DNA from: Octopus bimaculoides
Lineage: Eukaryota
Assembly: GCF_001194135.2 (NCBI RefSeq)
Contig: NC_068985.1
Location: forward strand, 17,602,703-17,666,702
Direction of reading: 5' to 3'
Length of the DNA: 64,000 nt
In this document: positions 48,667 through 62,100 of the stretch, piece after piece
How the letters are laid out: each line of letters begins with the position of its first letter
Numbering within the stretch: position 1 is the first letter of the stretch
The notes under the pieces: generated by a model
What the model was told of the DNA's origin: nothing
Databases searched by the model: none
The model's input: only the letters and a program-made list of their open reading frames with translations
Program-made: the position numbers and the translations under genes

Positions 48667-51600
48667 GTGAGTATCAATAATTTATTCTCAGTTTTGGTAG
48701 CCTTAAATATTCACAACTCACTATTATTAGCAGGTGCCAGCAAAGCATTAATCTGTTCCACTTTGTCGATTTAATTACAGTGACTGAGAATGACAAGTTA
48801 TGGACATTCAGGTTTCATTCAAATAGCCAAGTTGACTAATTCTATGTAAAAGGTTTTATTGGAAAAATATAATTGCTCTAAAACAGGAATATATATATAT
48901 ACAGGCAACAAAATAATTAAAAGACAGTTGGGTGAGATTCGAAGGTCTCAGTTGTAAACCAAAGATTTGAAGAATGTGTAAACCAAAGATTTGAAGAATG
49001 TGTAAACCAAAGATTTGAAGAATGTGTTGGAATTTCCGAAAATTGTCCCCGACCCCCATTCCAAAACACTTTCACCGGAAATTTTTGTATATTCGGATTC
49101 TACATAGTAAATACTATATGCATAGAAAAATTTCATTAAAAAATATTCATTTTTCTGAAAGTTATGACCTCCCAAAGTCTGGGGGGTAAAACCCTGTAGT
49201 TATGCCAATTATTTTTGGTTACACGCTGCTTTTAGTCAGTGTTTTGGTACAAAGATTGTTTTAGTATGTATTAAGTACGTTGTTAATCTATGAAAGAATG
49301 GATGTTGTTTTACGCTAGTGAACTGTCTCCCTCAAAATACCAGGTTTTGTGTTGTGCACCAAGTTAGGTTTCAGATGTACATTGCAAAACTTTGCCCATA
49401 ATGTTTAAGTCTGCTGCTTGTTTTATTTCTATAGACAGGAAACCTTCCAGACTTCTTTCTGTCGAGCACACACCAAGAAGAAAGTCACTACGTGATCGCC
49501 TAATTTCCTACAAGTTAGCAGTAAAAATCTTTCAAATCAATTTATCACTTTATAAGAAATACACGTTAGCTGATGTAGTCCTAGATATACCATGACACTT
49601 TCTAAATATAATTTTAATCATAGATCCGTTCGACCAAGGTTGATCTTGGTCTAAAGCATAATAAGCTTCGAGCTAAGCTAGAAAATCAATGATTTCAAAT
49701 GTTGCTCTTCCAAAACATTCGGAGCTCATAATGGATATAAACATTAATAGTTTATGATGATTATATAGCCTAAACTAGCGCCAGCATTTTTGGATTGAAC
49801 TTGTTGAGTGTCAATTCTCAGTGAGCATTTAATTTGTATCTGTATTATTTCTAATATCTTTATATTATTTTATGAGAGAAAACTTGGCACTCATACATTT
49901 TCGTACTATTTTCTTCATCTCCCGCCACAATCCACCTTTTCGCCTGAAACGGGGAGAGCTCAGCAGAACGGTAGCACACATACGCAACTTACACACATTG
50001 TCAAACAATAACCTATAAATAGCACTTTTTGTTTATCTGACTTTATCGTTACTTTTTTTTCATCTTCTAAAAAGAGTTATTTGTTGGGATGTAACACGTG
50101 CGTATATAAAACATGTATAATAGAAAGCCACATGAAAATACAAATCCAAAAGCGAAGAAAAAAACTTTATCGTTAAAATTATAAATTTTTATCATTCTTC
50201 AACGTATCATTTACTCCTGTCACCCAACATGCTAGAAATTGTGGATGTATCCTACGTGGATATAACTGCTATTTTTGGACGACACTTTTGTGCTTAGGTT
50301 GGCTACAGTAGCTATATTATTCGTTAAAATTATAAATTTTATGATAAATTTTGTCTTTAGAGTTAATCAAAACCTGAGAAATTTATAATTTTAAGGGGCG
50401 GGGCAGGTATAAATGTCATCTGCAACATATACTAGCTGCAGTTTATGCTAAATGTGTGTGTCTGCTAAGCTCTTCTTTAGCTTGAGGTGAAAAGGTGGAT
50501 TTTCGCGGGAGATAATGGGTGGGAAAATGATGCGAAAGTGTACACGGGCCCACTTTTGTGCATCAAGGAATCAGATACGCTTTAGGAAGTTAATGATGCT
50601 TCTACGTGGTTGCTCTACTCAGAAATATCTACGAAACTTTTAAAATGGAAGGAGATCTATATCTAAACTAATGTGATCCTCTTAAATAAAGATGTGAAGC
50701 TAACGGCTTCAACTCATAGGTCTGCTCCATCAAGGCTAATCCGGAGCAAACAACGATAACATCAGACATGTGCCACCCTATCATTAAAAAAACAAACAAA
50801 AAAATAATGCATTGGAGAATGAAACGTTAGATAGTGTTCGTGGAATTTAAAGCAAAAACAGTGGTCAGAGCTGGAACTCCTTTGGTCATATTAGTGCTGA
50901 CAAGAGTTAAATAATCGTTTAACGTCCGCTTTCCATGCTAGCATGGGTTGGACGATTTGACTGGGGACTGGTGATCCAGATGGCTACACCAGGCTCCAAT
51001 CTGATCTGGCAGAGTTTCTACAGCTGGATGCCCTTCCTAACGCCAACCACTCAGAGAGTGTAGTGGGTGCTTTTACGCGCCACCGGCACGAAGGCCAGTC
51101 AGGAGGTACTGGCAACGGCCACGCTCGAAATGGTGTATTTTATGTGCCACCTGCACACTGGCCAGTCCAGCAGTACTGGCAACGAACTCGCTCGAATGTC
51201 TTTTCAAGTGCCCGGAAGGCGACGTTGGTAGCGATCATGCTGGTGCTATTTACGTGCCACCGGCATGGAAGCCAGACAGCTGGTGCTCTGTCAACGATCG
51301 TGCTCGGACAGTGCTCTTAGTGATCTACTGGTACAGGTGCCATCATGATTTCGCTTTCGCTTGCCCAAACATCACATACAACTGAAATAAAACTCAAAAA
51401 TCGAACAACTAAAGATGAAATCTAGTTAATATTTGTATTTGTAGGGCAGTAAGCTGGCAGAATTGTTAGCATAGGCAAAATGCTTTGCAGTATTTTGTCC
51501 ATCTTTACGTTCTGAGCTAAATTTTTGCCAAGGTTGAGTTTGCGTTTCATCCTCTTGGGGTTGATAAAATACATACCAGTTGAATACCGGGGTCAGTGTA

Positions 51601-53165
51601 ATTGACTTACCCACCTTCCTCGAAAATACTGGCCTTGTGCCAAAATTTGAAACCAATATATGTATCCAATATAAGCTACAAAAATAAACAGTGAAACACT
51701 ATAGACAGTAATTAACAGTAGTAACAACCACACCACACTCTGTCGCAATGGTAACATCAAGCTTGCTTGATATATAGAAAAGGATTGAAACTGAACCAAA
51801 GTCGATGATTGGCACCCATGCCAGTGGAGCACTAACAGCACCATCTGAGTGGGATCACTGCCAGAGCAGCGGTCTTGCTTCCGTGCCGGTGGCATGTAAA
51901 AAGCACCATTTGAGTGTGATCATTTCCAGCTTCACCTTACTGGCACTTGTGCCAGTGGCATGTGAACAAAACATTGGACTGACTCCTGTGCAGGTGGCAC
52001 GTAAAAAACACCATTTAAGCGTGGCCATTGCCAGTACCACTGGACTGGCCCTCATGCCGGTGGCACATAAAAAGCACCCACTACACTCTCGGAGTGGTTG
52101 ACATTAGGAAGGGCACCCAGCTGTAGAAACTCTGCCAGATCAGATTGGAGTCTGGTGTAGCCATCTGGTTCACCAGTCCCCAGTTAAATTGTCCAACCCA
52201 TGCTAGCATGGAAAGCGGACGTTAAATGATGATGAGTAAGTAGGAATTCCATATGGTGTACTAAGTACAAACTATGGACAAGAGGTGCAGAGGAATCACA
52301 AGCAGGTTGACAAGGAAAGCAAATTTTGTATGTGGCAAATATGCAGGAACAATAAACTCTTAGAGCACAAGGGAAACAGATTCTCTCACATGCTTGATAA
52401 GACACCTAGAAGTTGTTGATAGGTTCTGTTATCTAGGTTCCCAAATTAAAAATGGAGGAGGATGTTCTGAAAAGATAGTAACCAGAATAAGAACAGGCTG
52501 GAGAAAGTTCAGGGTACTATTACTGCTTTGTGGTAAAAGGTTGCTTCCCCCGCAAGAGAAGCAGACTGTATGGTATTTGTGTATGAACAGCAGTACTACT
52601 TGGTAGTGAAACCTGGGCACTGAATGCAAAGGCAGAAGTCCTGTGAAGACTAGAAAGAAATCAAGCTAGCAAGCACACTCTGCTGGATGTGCAATGTCAG
52701 CATGCGTGAACAAATGAACAATAGGCAACAAATTTGTTAAGGAAAAAAATTGGGCATAAGAGAAATAAGATGCAGTGTGCAAGAAAGAGAATTGAGTGTA
52801 TTGGTACAAACATGTGATGTGTATGGATGAGGACAGCTGTATAAAGAAGTGCCAACTGATTATAGTGCCTAGTACTTAGGGAAGAGAGAGAGACTCAAGA
52901 TGTTGAATAAAGCTGTGAAGACTGATCCCAGATTGTTGAGTCTCATGGAAACATTGGAGCAAAATGACATCCACTGATCTATCAGTGCCTGTTGAACTGA
53001 TTGACTTAAGCCAGCATGGGAAGCACAATCTCAGCATAGTTGAGGTTGGTGATGATGAAATCTTGTTCAACAATAACACTTGGAAATCTGCTGGAGCATT
53101 TTTCATTTTTCATATTTTCCTCTAATGTTTTTAAAACTGATCTGTTAGTCATGAAGAATAGCAAT

Positions 53166-53198
<33 letters not shown>

Positions 53199-56100
53199 TA
53201 AATGATCTTGAATTAAACTAGTTTCATCTATTTCTCAGTTTTCAGTATAACAGGATGTAGTTATTGAAATAAGTTAAAGTTTGAACTGTCAGTACAATAA
53301 GATACAGGCATGTTCACTACCCACAAGATATTTCATGTCAACTGGCATGGTTATCAAGATGGTGTTTCTGAATAAAAGCTTTTTTTTTTAATGTTTTTGT
53401 TACAAACAAGTGTGGAAACCATTCATCTCCATAGAACTAACATACACCTCTCACAAAGTTATATATTTGGCAGAGCAAGTAAGATATGTAGTCATGAGTT
53501 CAAATCTAATGCTGGCTATCCCTTGTGTTTCTGGGTAGAGATGAGTAAAATAATCAAACAGTCTTGGACTAGTATTACATTAAGAAACAGAACAGCAATG
53601 CCATAAACGTTTGATCACCTTTACTTATCATCCATATTATAGTATAGAAAAATGAATGTCAAAAAGTACAGAAATTTTCAATTCACAACTATTCTGTCGA
53701 TCAGAATAAACAGTGTTTTTCTTGCTGTCCAAAAAACTCACAACTTAAAAAAAAAAATATGGTGGCTTAGTCACAGAAGGAAGGGTGGTACATATGAATG
53801 ACTTTCGAGTTTACTGCAATAGGAAGCAACACTATGAGGCCTGGTACTTGGTCTGGCCACTTACATCAAAATAAACTCTTCTAAAAGCACTCAGTGGATA
53901 GGTGGTAGTATTAAACCAGGTTAGTTTGTCACCCTAAAAAATTAATTTAGATGAATAATAGTATAATTTAAACAATGTTATTTCTTCACCTGTCTGCCTA
54001 TATTTGCAAATTACTTTTTGGCCTCTCTTTTCAGGTCGTAAAATAGCTGTAGATGCTTCAATGAGTATATATCAGTTTTTGATAGCTGTGCGACAAGATG
54101 GCTCTAATTTAACAAATGAAAGTGGAGAAACTACCAGGTATTTTATCTTTTGTTTTGCCGAAACAAATGTAGAGCAGTGCCAGCTATGTTTTGTTATTTT
54201 AATCTAACACTGTTTCAAGAACATGCCTTCTGATCTCTGTACAGATTACTGATGCAGCTGCTCTCTACTCCTCTTGTACTACTACTTAACACTTCCGCCT
54301 TCCTCAGCCTCTTCTCTCACTCCACCTACTTACTGACATTTACCATCACTCACTACACTCACCTTTAACTCTATCTCTAACCATCTGTCACTCTCCTTTG
54401 ATACTCTTATGGACTTACCTATCATCTTCGTCCACCCACAAGCTCTCTGTATTCTCCTTTGTACTCACCTTCTCATACCTCGAGAGTTCACTTCGGCACC
54501 ACCTCATCGTCACTAGGTTTATAGTCTCTCCATCTACTCCCATCCACTCTTACATAATGCAGGATAGCCATATATCTCCTCTTTAGCAAGACACCTATGC
54601 TTGTCCCTCTATAATACTTTATCCTTTCAACACCTACCTGAAGTCATTACCTCCTCTCTCAAATACATTCCCACTCAGTAGAGGGGACTTTTTGTTTGTC
54701 TTTTAAGTTGCTTGGTGACCTTACATGTCAATGTCATGAAAAAAACCCACCCAGAACACAATGTAAAGTGGTTGGCTATGCAATGCTTTTTGGTTGGATT
54801 TAAAACCGAGATTAATAGTGTAATCATCATTTCTAAAGAAATTTTTATATTTAATATTCTTCTGTTTTCAGTCATCTTATGGGAATTTTCTATCGAACAA
54901 TTCGTATGATAGAAAATGGGATCAAGCCAGTCTATGTTTTTGATGGGAAACCACCAGAGATGAAATCAGGGGAGGTATATTTAAAAATTTTTCTTTCTTC
55001 ATCCTTTGAAATTTAGTCATCGAAGTATTGGACAGTTAAACACGAACTATACTATTCAAATCTGTCTACGATACACCATTACCATTATTAATTTAGATTA
55101 TAATCTACCAAATGATTACCAAATTTCTAGTTTCTACTTTGCTTCATGAGGACATTTTTGGGGGATTAGTTTTTTATTGTGTGACAAGGGACATATCAGA
55201 TGTGGGAAAGGGAGAACTCAAGTTTAGCAATTTCATGATTGTTGTTGTTCTTCATTAGCGCTAGGTTGACTTCGATTGAGCAGACCTATGATCAGAGATA
55301 TTCCATCTGTGGCCATCACTTTTTTTAAGGGTATCTAAGATTACAATTTTGCATTTGTTTTCTCTCTACCACCTCACAGTGTCTGATTGTCTTTTTGTTA
55401 TCCCTTATCACACATACTCTTTGCTCTTCTGTGGTGTTTCTACCACTATACACTTAGTTTTTAGATGACCAACCATAAATATACAATTATAAGCAACCTT
55501 ATATTTCTCATATATGTTATATTGAATTGAAGCTTAAACAACTTGGAAAATAAACTATGGTTTGAATTAAATTAAAACTTTGGGTTGGTGTTATTTAGTG
55601 GAAAGGTCTTACAGGATGAGAGAGAGAGAAACAAAGAAATCTTTCTACAATTTAATTATATTTTAAAACAATTTGTCAATAGATTACATTGATTATGGAT
55701 AAGGATAGTTAATATTTCCATGATGATATTTTCTTTTTAATGGTGAATGCATAAAAAAAACTCTACAAAAATCTTTTTTGTTTTCATAGTTGGAGAAAAG
55801 AAAAGAAAGACGAGAAGAAGCTCAGAAAGCTCTAGAAAAAGCTGAAGAAGTTGGTAAGAATTGGTTTCATTCTTACTAGATACCCTTTATACCTGTTGAC
55901 AATAACTTGTTGTAATATTTCCCATCTATAATGTTACTGAGCCTATCCAATAACCTTGTATCTACTCCATTCACCCTCTATTGTGTTTTTCTGCCTAAAC
56001 CCTGCACTCTTCATGTTTTTCCAATCCTTCTGCATTGGAATTCCCTTCTTCCCTGCCATGTATTTTCTACAGACATTGTCTTAGAGATGTATAAGCTGTG

Positions 56101-59100
56101 CATAAACTGCATCTCTCACCAGTTCCAGATGATCTGTGATGGTCGTGAACACTACCTTGATTCTGTCACACTGTGTTCCTGCTAGAGCAGGAATAGGTTA
56201 AATGTCATCTCTGCTGGATTCCTGGTAAAATGGTTATGAACAACACACATAAAAAAGATGCAGATGATTCTGTCCATTAGTTTGCCTGTAACCATTATTC
56301 TTGAGTTGTGTATGCAACTTTATTTTTTGTTCAGGAGCCCAGTTGGAGGGTGAAGTTAGACACAAGGGCTCAAGACTGACAGTCAGCCATGCCAAATCAT
56401 CTATGCCCAATTGTCTCATTCTGTGTGCAGTGGTACCAAGTTTGTAACCATGTAATTACGAAGCAGTTCTGTGACCATAGCATGTCTGATTAAGTTCTAA
56501 TTAGTCTTTCCTTGTGAAATATTTCCTAATGCCATTCACTCTTCATTCATTTTCTAATGTAAACATCTGAATCAACTACAATGTCCAATTTTTTTCAGGG
56601 GATGTGGAAAATGTCGAAAAATTTAACCGGCGCCTTGTTAAAGTCACCAAAGAACACAATGAAGAATGTAAGAAGCTCCTGAGTCTGATGGGAATACCCT
56701 ATGTTGATGTAGGTTATTGTTTGGTTGATTCTTTAAAAAATAATTTTGAGGGAATATATTCTGAAGAATTACTAATTGCTGCATTTCTTTATTTGAATGA
56801 CTAAATGCAACTTAGATCTGGTTTATTTTATTAAAATTGAAACCCATCTTTGACAGTTCCAGACTGTATTTAACTTATTTTGTGTGTTACTTTTGACCCA
56901 CTCTGTATTATTCCTTTGATGACTGAGAACTGTCCTCTGCACTATGACAAATTGTAATGAATCTTACAGTTTAGGCATGCTGCTGCTCTTTCACTGTCTA
57001 CATTTTTTTGTACTGCCTTACATTCTGGTGGTACCCTATAGCGGAAGCAAGTTAAGTAGACTCAGCATCTGTAATTCCTTGCTTTGGTACAGTTTTGTGT
57101 CCAACCCAAGTTCTAATAAATATCTGATAAACAAAGCATTTTAATACACAAGAACTCTGAAGAACGAATATTGGATTGATCAAAAACATTCATTTCTTGA
57201 CCATTCTTTCTTTTATATAAAATTACATTAGCTACTGTCCATCCGTTTTTTGGACATTAGGTGTGGTGTGGCAGCTATTTCTAGCTGGTCAAATGATCGT
57301 GTAGAGGTTTCTTAATTGAATCATCTCTCACCAATTACCTTTAAAACCCAGATTCACTCCGCTCTGTATTGGCCAAAGTAGTTATCTCCCTTGTCCAATT
57401 TTTGATTTTGAAAAAGGCCAAGACTTTTTTTCTCTGCTAAGTGATTGCTTCATTGCAGTCCTTTCACTTCACTATATTGCATTTGTGAGATAGTCGCAGG
57501 CATACTGTGTGGTTAAGAAGTTTACTGCCCAATCACATGGTTTCACGTTCAGTCCCACTGCACGGCACCTTTTGTATGGCTAGCTGCTCTTCCTGTCATC
57601 AGCAGGTGAGGGTTGGTGACAGGAAGGGCAACTGGTTGTAGAAAGTCTGCCTTAATAAACTCTAAGCCATGCAAACATGGAAAAATAGACGTTAAAATGA
57701 TGAAGATGTGATGCTACTATACATTATTGCATTTGCTTGCGTTCATGCAAATTTGACTAATTAAACTCGTATTTTCTTCATTTAGTTGCACAAATGTTGT
57801 AATTTTAACATCACTAGCAAGATATAATAGTTCACTCCATGATACAATTCACATAACATTAGAATTCTATTTTGTTACACGAGCCTGGTGTAACCATCTA
57901 GTTCACCAGTCCTCAGTCAAATCGTCCAACCCATGCTAGCATGGAAAGCGGGTGTTAAACGATGATAATGATGATGAGTTAAGGTTGATAGAAATGGTGA
58001 CTAAATTTTCCTTAAGTTGCATCCTATCATCTTTTAAAAGAAACGATAATGTAATTCTAAATATGCTGTACATGAGAAAAGGACAAATGATCATTGCTTG
58101 ATCAAGACTAACCTAGGGCCAAACAACAAAGACACTATTGCTGTTATCTGTAATACCATGTATGCTTATATTTACAGGCTCCTGGTGAAGCTGAAGCCCA
58201 ATGTGCTGCTTTGGTTAAATCAGGAAAAGTGTTTGCTACAGGAACAGAAGACATGGATGCACTTACCTTTGGATCTTCAGTTTTACTTCGACATCTTACT
58301 TTCAGTGAAGCCAGGTTAGGACTATTCTTAAATTCATTGATTTGTGGCAAAATTTGACCAGGAATTTGTAGGGTAGTTGGTGTGTTGGTGTTAGAAAGGG
58401 CATCCAACAGTAAAAACCATGTCAGAACAGACGCTGCATCTTGGTGCAGTCAGCTCCTGTCAAACCGTCCAACCCATGCCAGCATGGAAAGTGGATATTT
58501 GCAAAACTTTTTTTTTTTTTTCATTTTTTCACCTGTGCAAATTTGGGGCATAGCTGGTTATATTATTCTCTCAACCTGGTGCCATGTAAAATTGCCTGTG
58601 CTGGTGCCATGTAAAAAGCACCCAGCACACTTTGTAAAGTGGTTGGCATTAGGAAGGACATCCAGCCATAGAAACCAGGCCAAATTAGACTGGGATCTGG
58701 TCCAGCTTGCCAGCCCTGGTCAAACTATCCAGTCGATGTCAGTATGGAAAACTGACATTAAATAATGATGATGATGATGAACCCTTGGAAGGTGAAGCAA
58801 AGCCAACATCTTTCATCCTTCTAGGGGGTCAATAAAATAAGTACCCATTAAGTAATGATGTCAATTTCATCAATTCTATACTCATCTGAAACTGAGGTCT
58901 TGTGAGACTTGTGGTGCCCAGGGTTACCCTTGATGTTTTTTTTACTAGATTCTGATATTGTCTTTTTTGACATCTGTTTTGCCTATCCTTTGAATTATAT
59001 GATTAAAATCACCTGCAGCCCTTCAAAGTCATATTCTAACTCCACATCCACCAAAAGTGTTTTATCAAATATTAGCTGCAGTAGTAGTTTTCAGTGCCTT

Positions 59101-62100
59101 CCATGAAGTAGACTTAAGATGTTAGAACAAAAACTGCAATAACTTGCCTGCCAACTGTCGTCGTCGTCGTCGTTTAACGTCCGCTTTCCATGCTAGCATG
59201 GGTTGGACGATTTGACTGAGGACCGGTGAAACCAGATGGCTACACCAGGCTCCAATCTGATTTGGCAGAGTTTCTACAGCTGGATGCCCTTCCTAACGCC
59301 AACCACTCAGAGAGTGTAGTGGGTGCTTTTACGTGTCACCCGCACGAAGGCTAGTCAGGCGGTACTGGCAACAGCCACGCTCATCTCGCTCGAAAAACCT
59401 CATGTGTCACCCGCACAAGAGCCAGTCCAGGGGCACTGGCAACGATCTCACTCGAAAGATTTCATGTGTCGCCCGCACATGAGCCAGTCCATGTNNNNNN
59501 NNNNNNNNNNNNNNNNNNNNNNNNNNNNNNNNNNNNNNNNNNNNNNNNNNNNNNNNNNNNNNNNNNNNNNNNNNNNNNNNNNNNNNNNNNNNNNNNNNNN
59601 NNNNNNNNNNNNNNNNNNNNNNNNNNNNNNNNNNNNNNNNNNNNNNAAGAGCCAGTTCAGGGGCACTGGCAACGAACTCACTCGAAAAATTTCATGTGTC
59701 ACCTGCACAAGAGCCAGTCCAGGGGCACTGGCAACGATCTCACTCGAAAGATTTCATGTGTCGCCCGCACATGAGCCAGTCCATGTGTACTGGCAACGAT
59801 CCCGCTTGAAACATTTCATGTGTCACCCGCACAAGAGCCAGTCCAGGGGCACCGGCAACGATCTCGCTCGAAAGATTTCATGTGTCGCCCGCACATGAGC
59901 CAGTCCAGGGGCACTGGCAACGATCCTGCTCGAAAGATTTCATGTGTCGCCCGCACATGAGTCAGTCCAGGGGCACTGGCAACGATCCCGCTCGAAACAT
60001 TTCATGTGTCACATGTTCATTAAATACATGGGTGGTTATATTAATTTATTACTGTTTGAGTCATGCACATCAAATTATTTATTCAACTTGGAGGTAATTT
60101 GCAATATCAGTGAATGCTTTATTTATTATTTTTTATATCAGAGGTGACAAATCTCATTTAGGCATGTGGCTGGTTGCAAGTACACTTCATTGACAAAGTC
60201 CAAAAAAAAAGCTGAAATGCATCTGGTATTCTTGCTAGCCACTGCTTGGATGATTTTATTTTCTTTGTCTCCCTCCAATAAACATATCGGCACAGGTACC
60301 ATTGCCCTGACACTGGCATCAACCATGACTACGGCCTCACTTGGCTTGACAGGTCAGCATAAGCATAGTATATCGCCAAGGGTTTTGGTCACCTGTCACT
60401 GCCTCCATGAGACCCAACGCTTGAACGGTGCTTTTTACGTGCCACCAGCATGGGTGCCAGTTAGACAGCATTGGCATTGGCCATGACTACGATTTCACTC
60501 AGTTCAACAGGTTTTCACAAGCACAGCATATCGCCCAATAATTGAAGGGTGCTTTAACGGGCCAGTTATGCGATACTGGCATCGGCTGCGACTACGATCT
60601 CACTCAGCTTGATGTCAATGCCTCTATGAGGCCCAATGCACAAATGGTGCTTTTTACATATCACAGTCTCTCTTGGCTTGGCGGGTCTTCTCAAGCACAG
60701 TATATCTCCAAAGGTCTCAATTGCTTGTGATTGCCTCTGTCTGATCAGAAGAAATTTGGTTGCTATTTCTAGCAGGTTGTGCGACCATTTAGAACAGTGG
60801 TTCTCAACTGGGATCCATATACGATTTTCTCGTTAAAATTTATAAGCAATAAATTGCTCATACTCCTACAATACACAAAATATTTTGATTTGTTTTTTTT
60901 TGTATATATCATCATTGTCGTTTAACGTCCGCTTTCCAAGCTAGCATGGGTTGGACGATTTGACTGAGGACAGGCAAGCCAGCAGGCTGCACCAGGCTCC
61001 AATCTGATCTGGCAGAGTTTCTACAGCTGGATGCCCTTCCTAACGCCAACCACTCCGAGAGTGTAGTGGGTGTTTTTACATGCCACCGGCACGAGGGCCA
61101 GTCACTCAGTACTGGCAACGGCCACATATATAATTTTTAATAATATTTAATTATAAAAATACTGGAGGATTTTTTTTTTGATAAACATTAAATGGCTATG
61201 GATGTCCAGGACAGTAAAGTAGGAATCAAAAGGTGTCCATAAACAAACAAAAAAAATAGTTGAAAACTGCTAATTTAAAGACATCCTCATTAGCACTTAA
61301 GAGCCAAGTGTATTTGTCTTGTTGCTAAGGGTTTATAAGCTGATATTTAACACTCATGAAATAATGAGATGCAAGTGTGATTGTGTGAAATAACTTTGTA
61401 AGTTTTCTTTTGCTGTCTTAAATTTTGCAAATGCAGACATGTTTACTTTTTTTTTTGTTTTTAGAAAAATGCCAATAAAAGAAATAAATTTGAATAGAGT
61501 CTTAGATGAATTGAATTTTTCCCAGGATGAGGTAAGTTAACATTATATTGAGTTGTATGTTCTTTTATTATTTATTGGTTCCAGTCTTTGGACTGTGACC
61601 ATGCTGGGCATCATCTTCAGGGCCTTTACTTGATTATGTCACCCAAGCTTTCTCATTTTGGTTTTAAATTTTGGCACAATACCAGCAATTTCGGGGGATG
61701 AAAGGCAAAGTCAACCTTGGCAGAATTTGAACTCAGAACATGAAGACAGGCAAAATTCCACTAAACATTTTACTTTGTGTGCTGACGATTCTGCCAAGTT
61801 TGCCACCTTCAAGCTTTCTCCTATTAAATCGTCATCACCATCGTTTAATGTCCGTTTTCCATGCTGGCATGGGTTGGACAGTTTAACTGAGGTCTGGAAA
61901 GCCAGCAGCTGCACCAGGCTCCAATCTGATCTTGACCCTGGGAGAATGAAAGGCAAAGATGACTGCAGTAGAATTTGAACTTGGTAGTTGAGGAGCTACA
62001 ATTGAATACTACAAGACATTTTATCCAACATTCTAACAGGTCTGTCCATCTCCCACCCTCCCAGTCAAATAAATGTTTATCTTTAAGCAGTTTAATGCTT

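Noticed and set aside
59323-60012. CRISPR-like repeat/spacer array, or a repetitive protein ORF
   Set aside because: The variable part is only 8 nt and drawn from a few related variants, there are no cas genes, and the units derive from a SINE in a eukaryotic intron. The ORFs are by-products of the tandem repeat and N runs.
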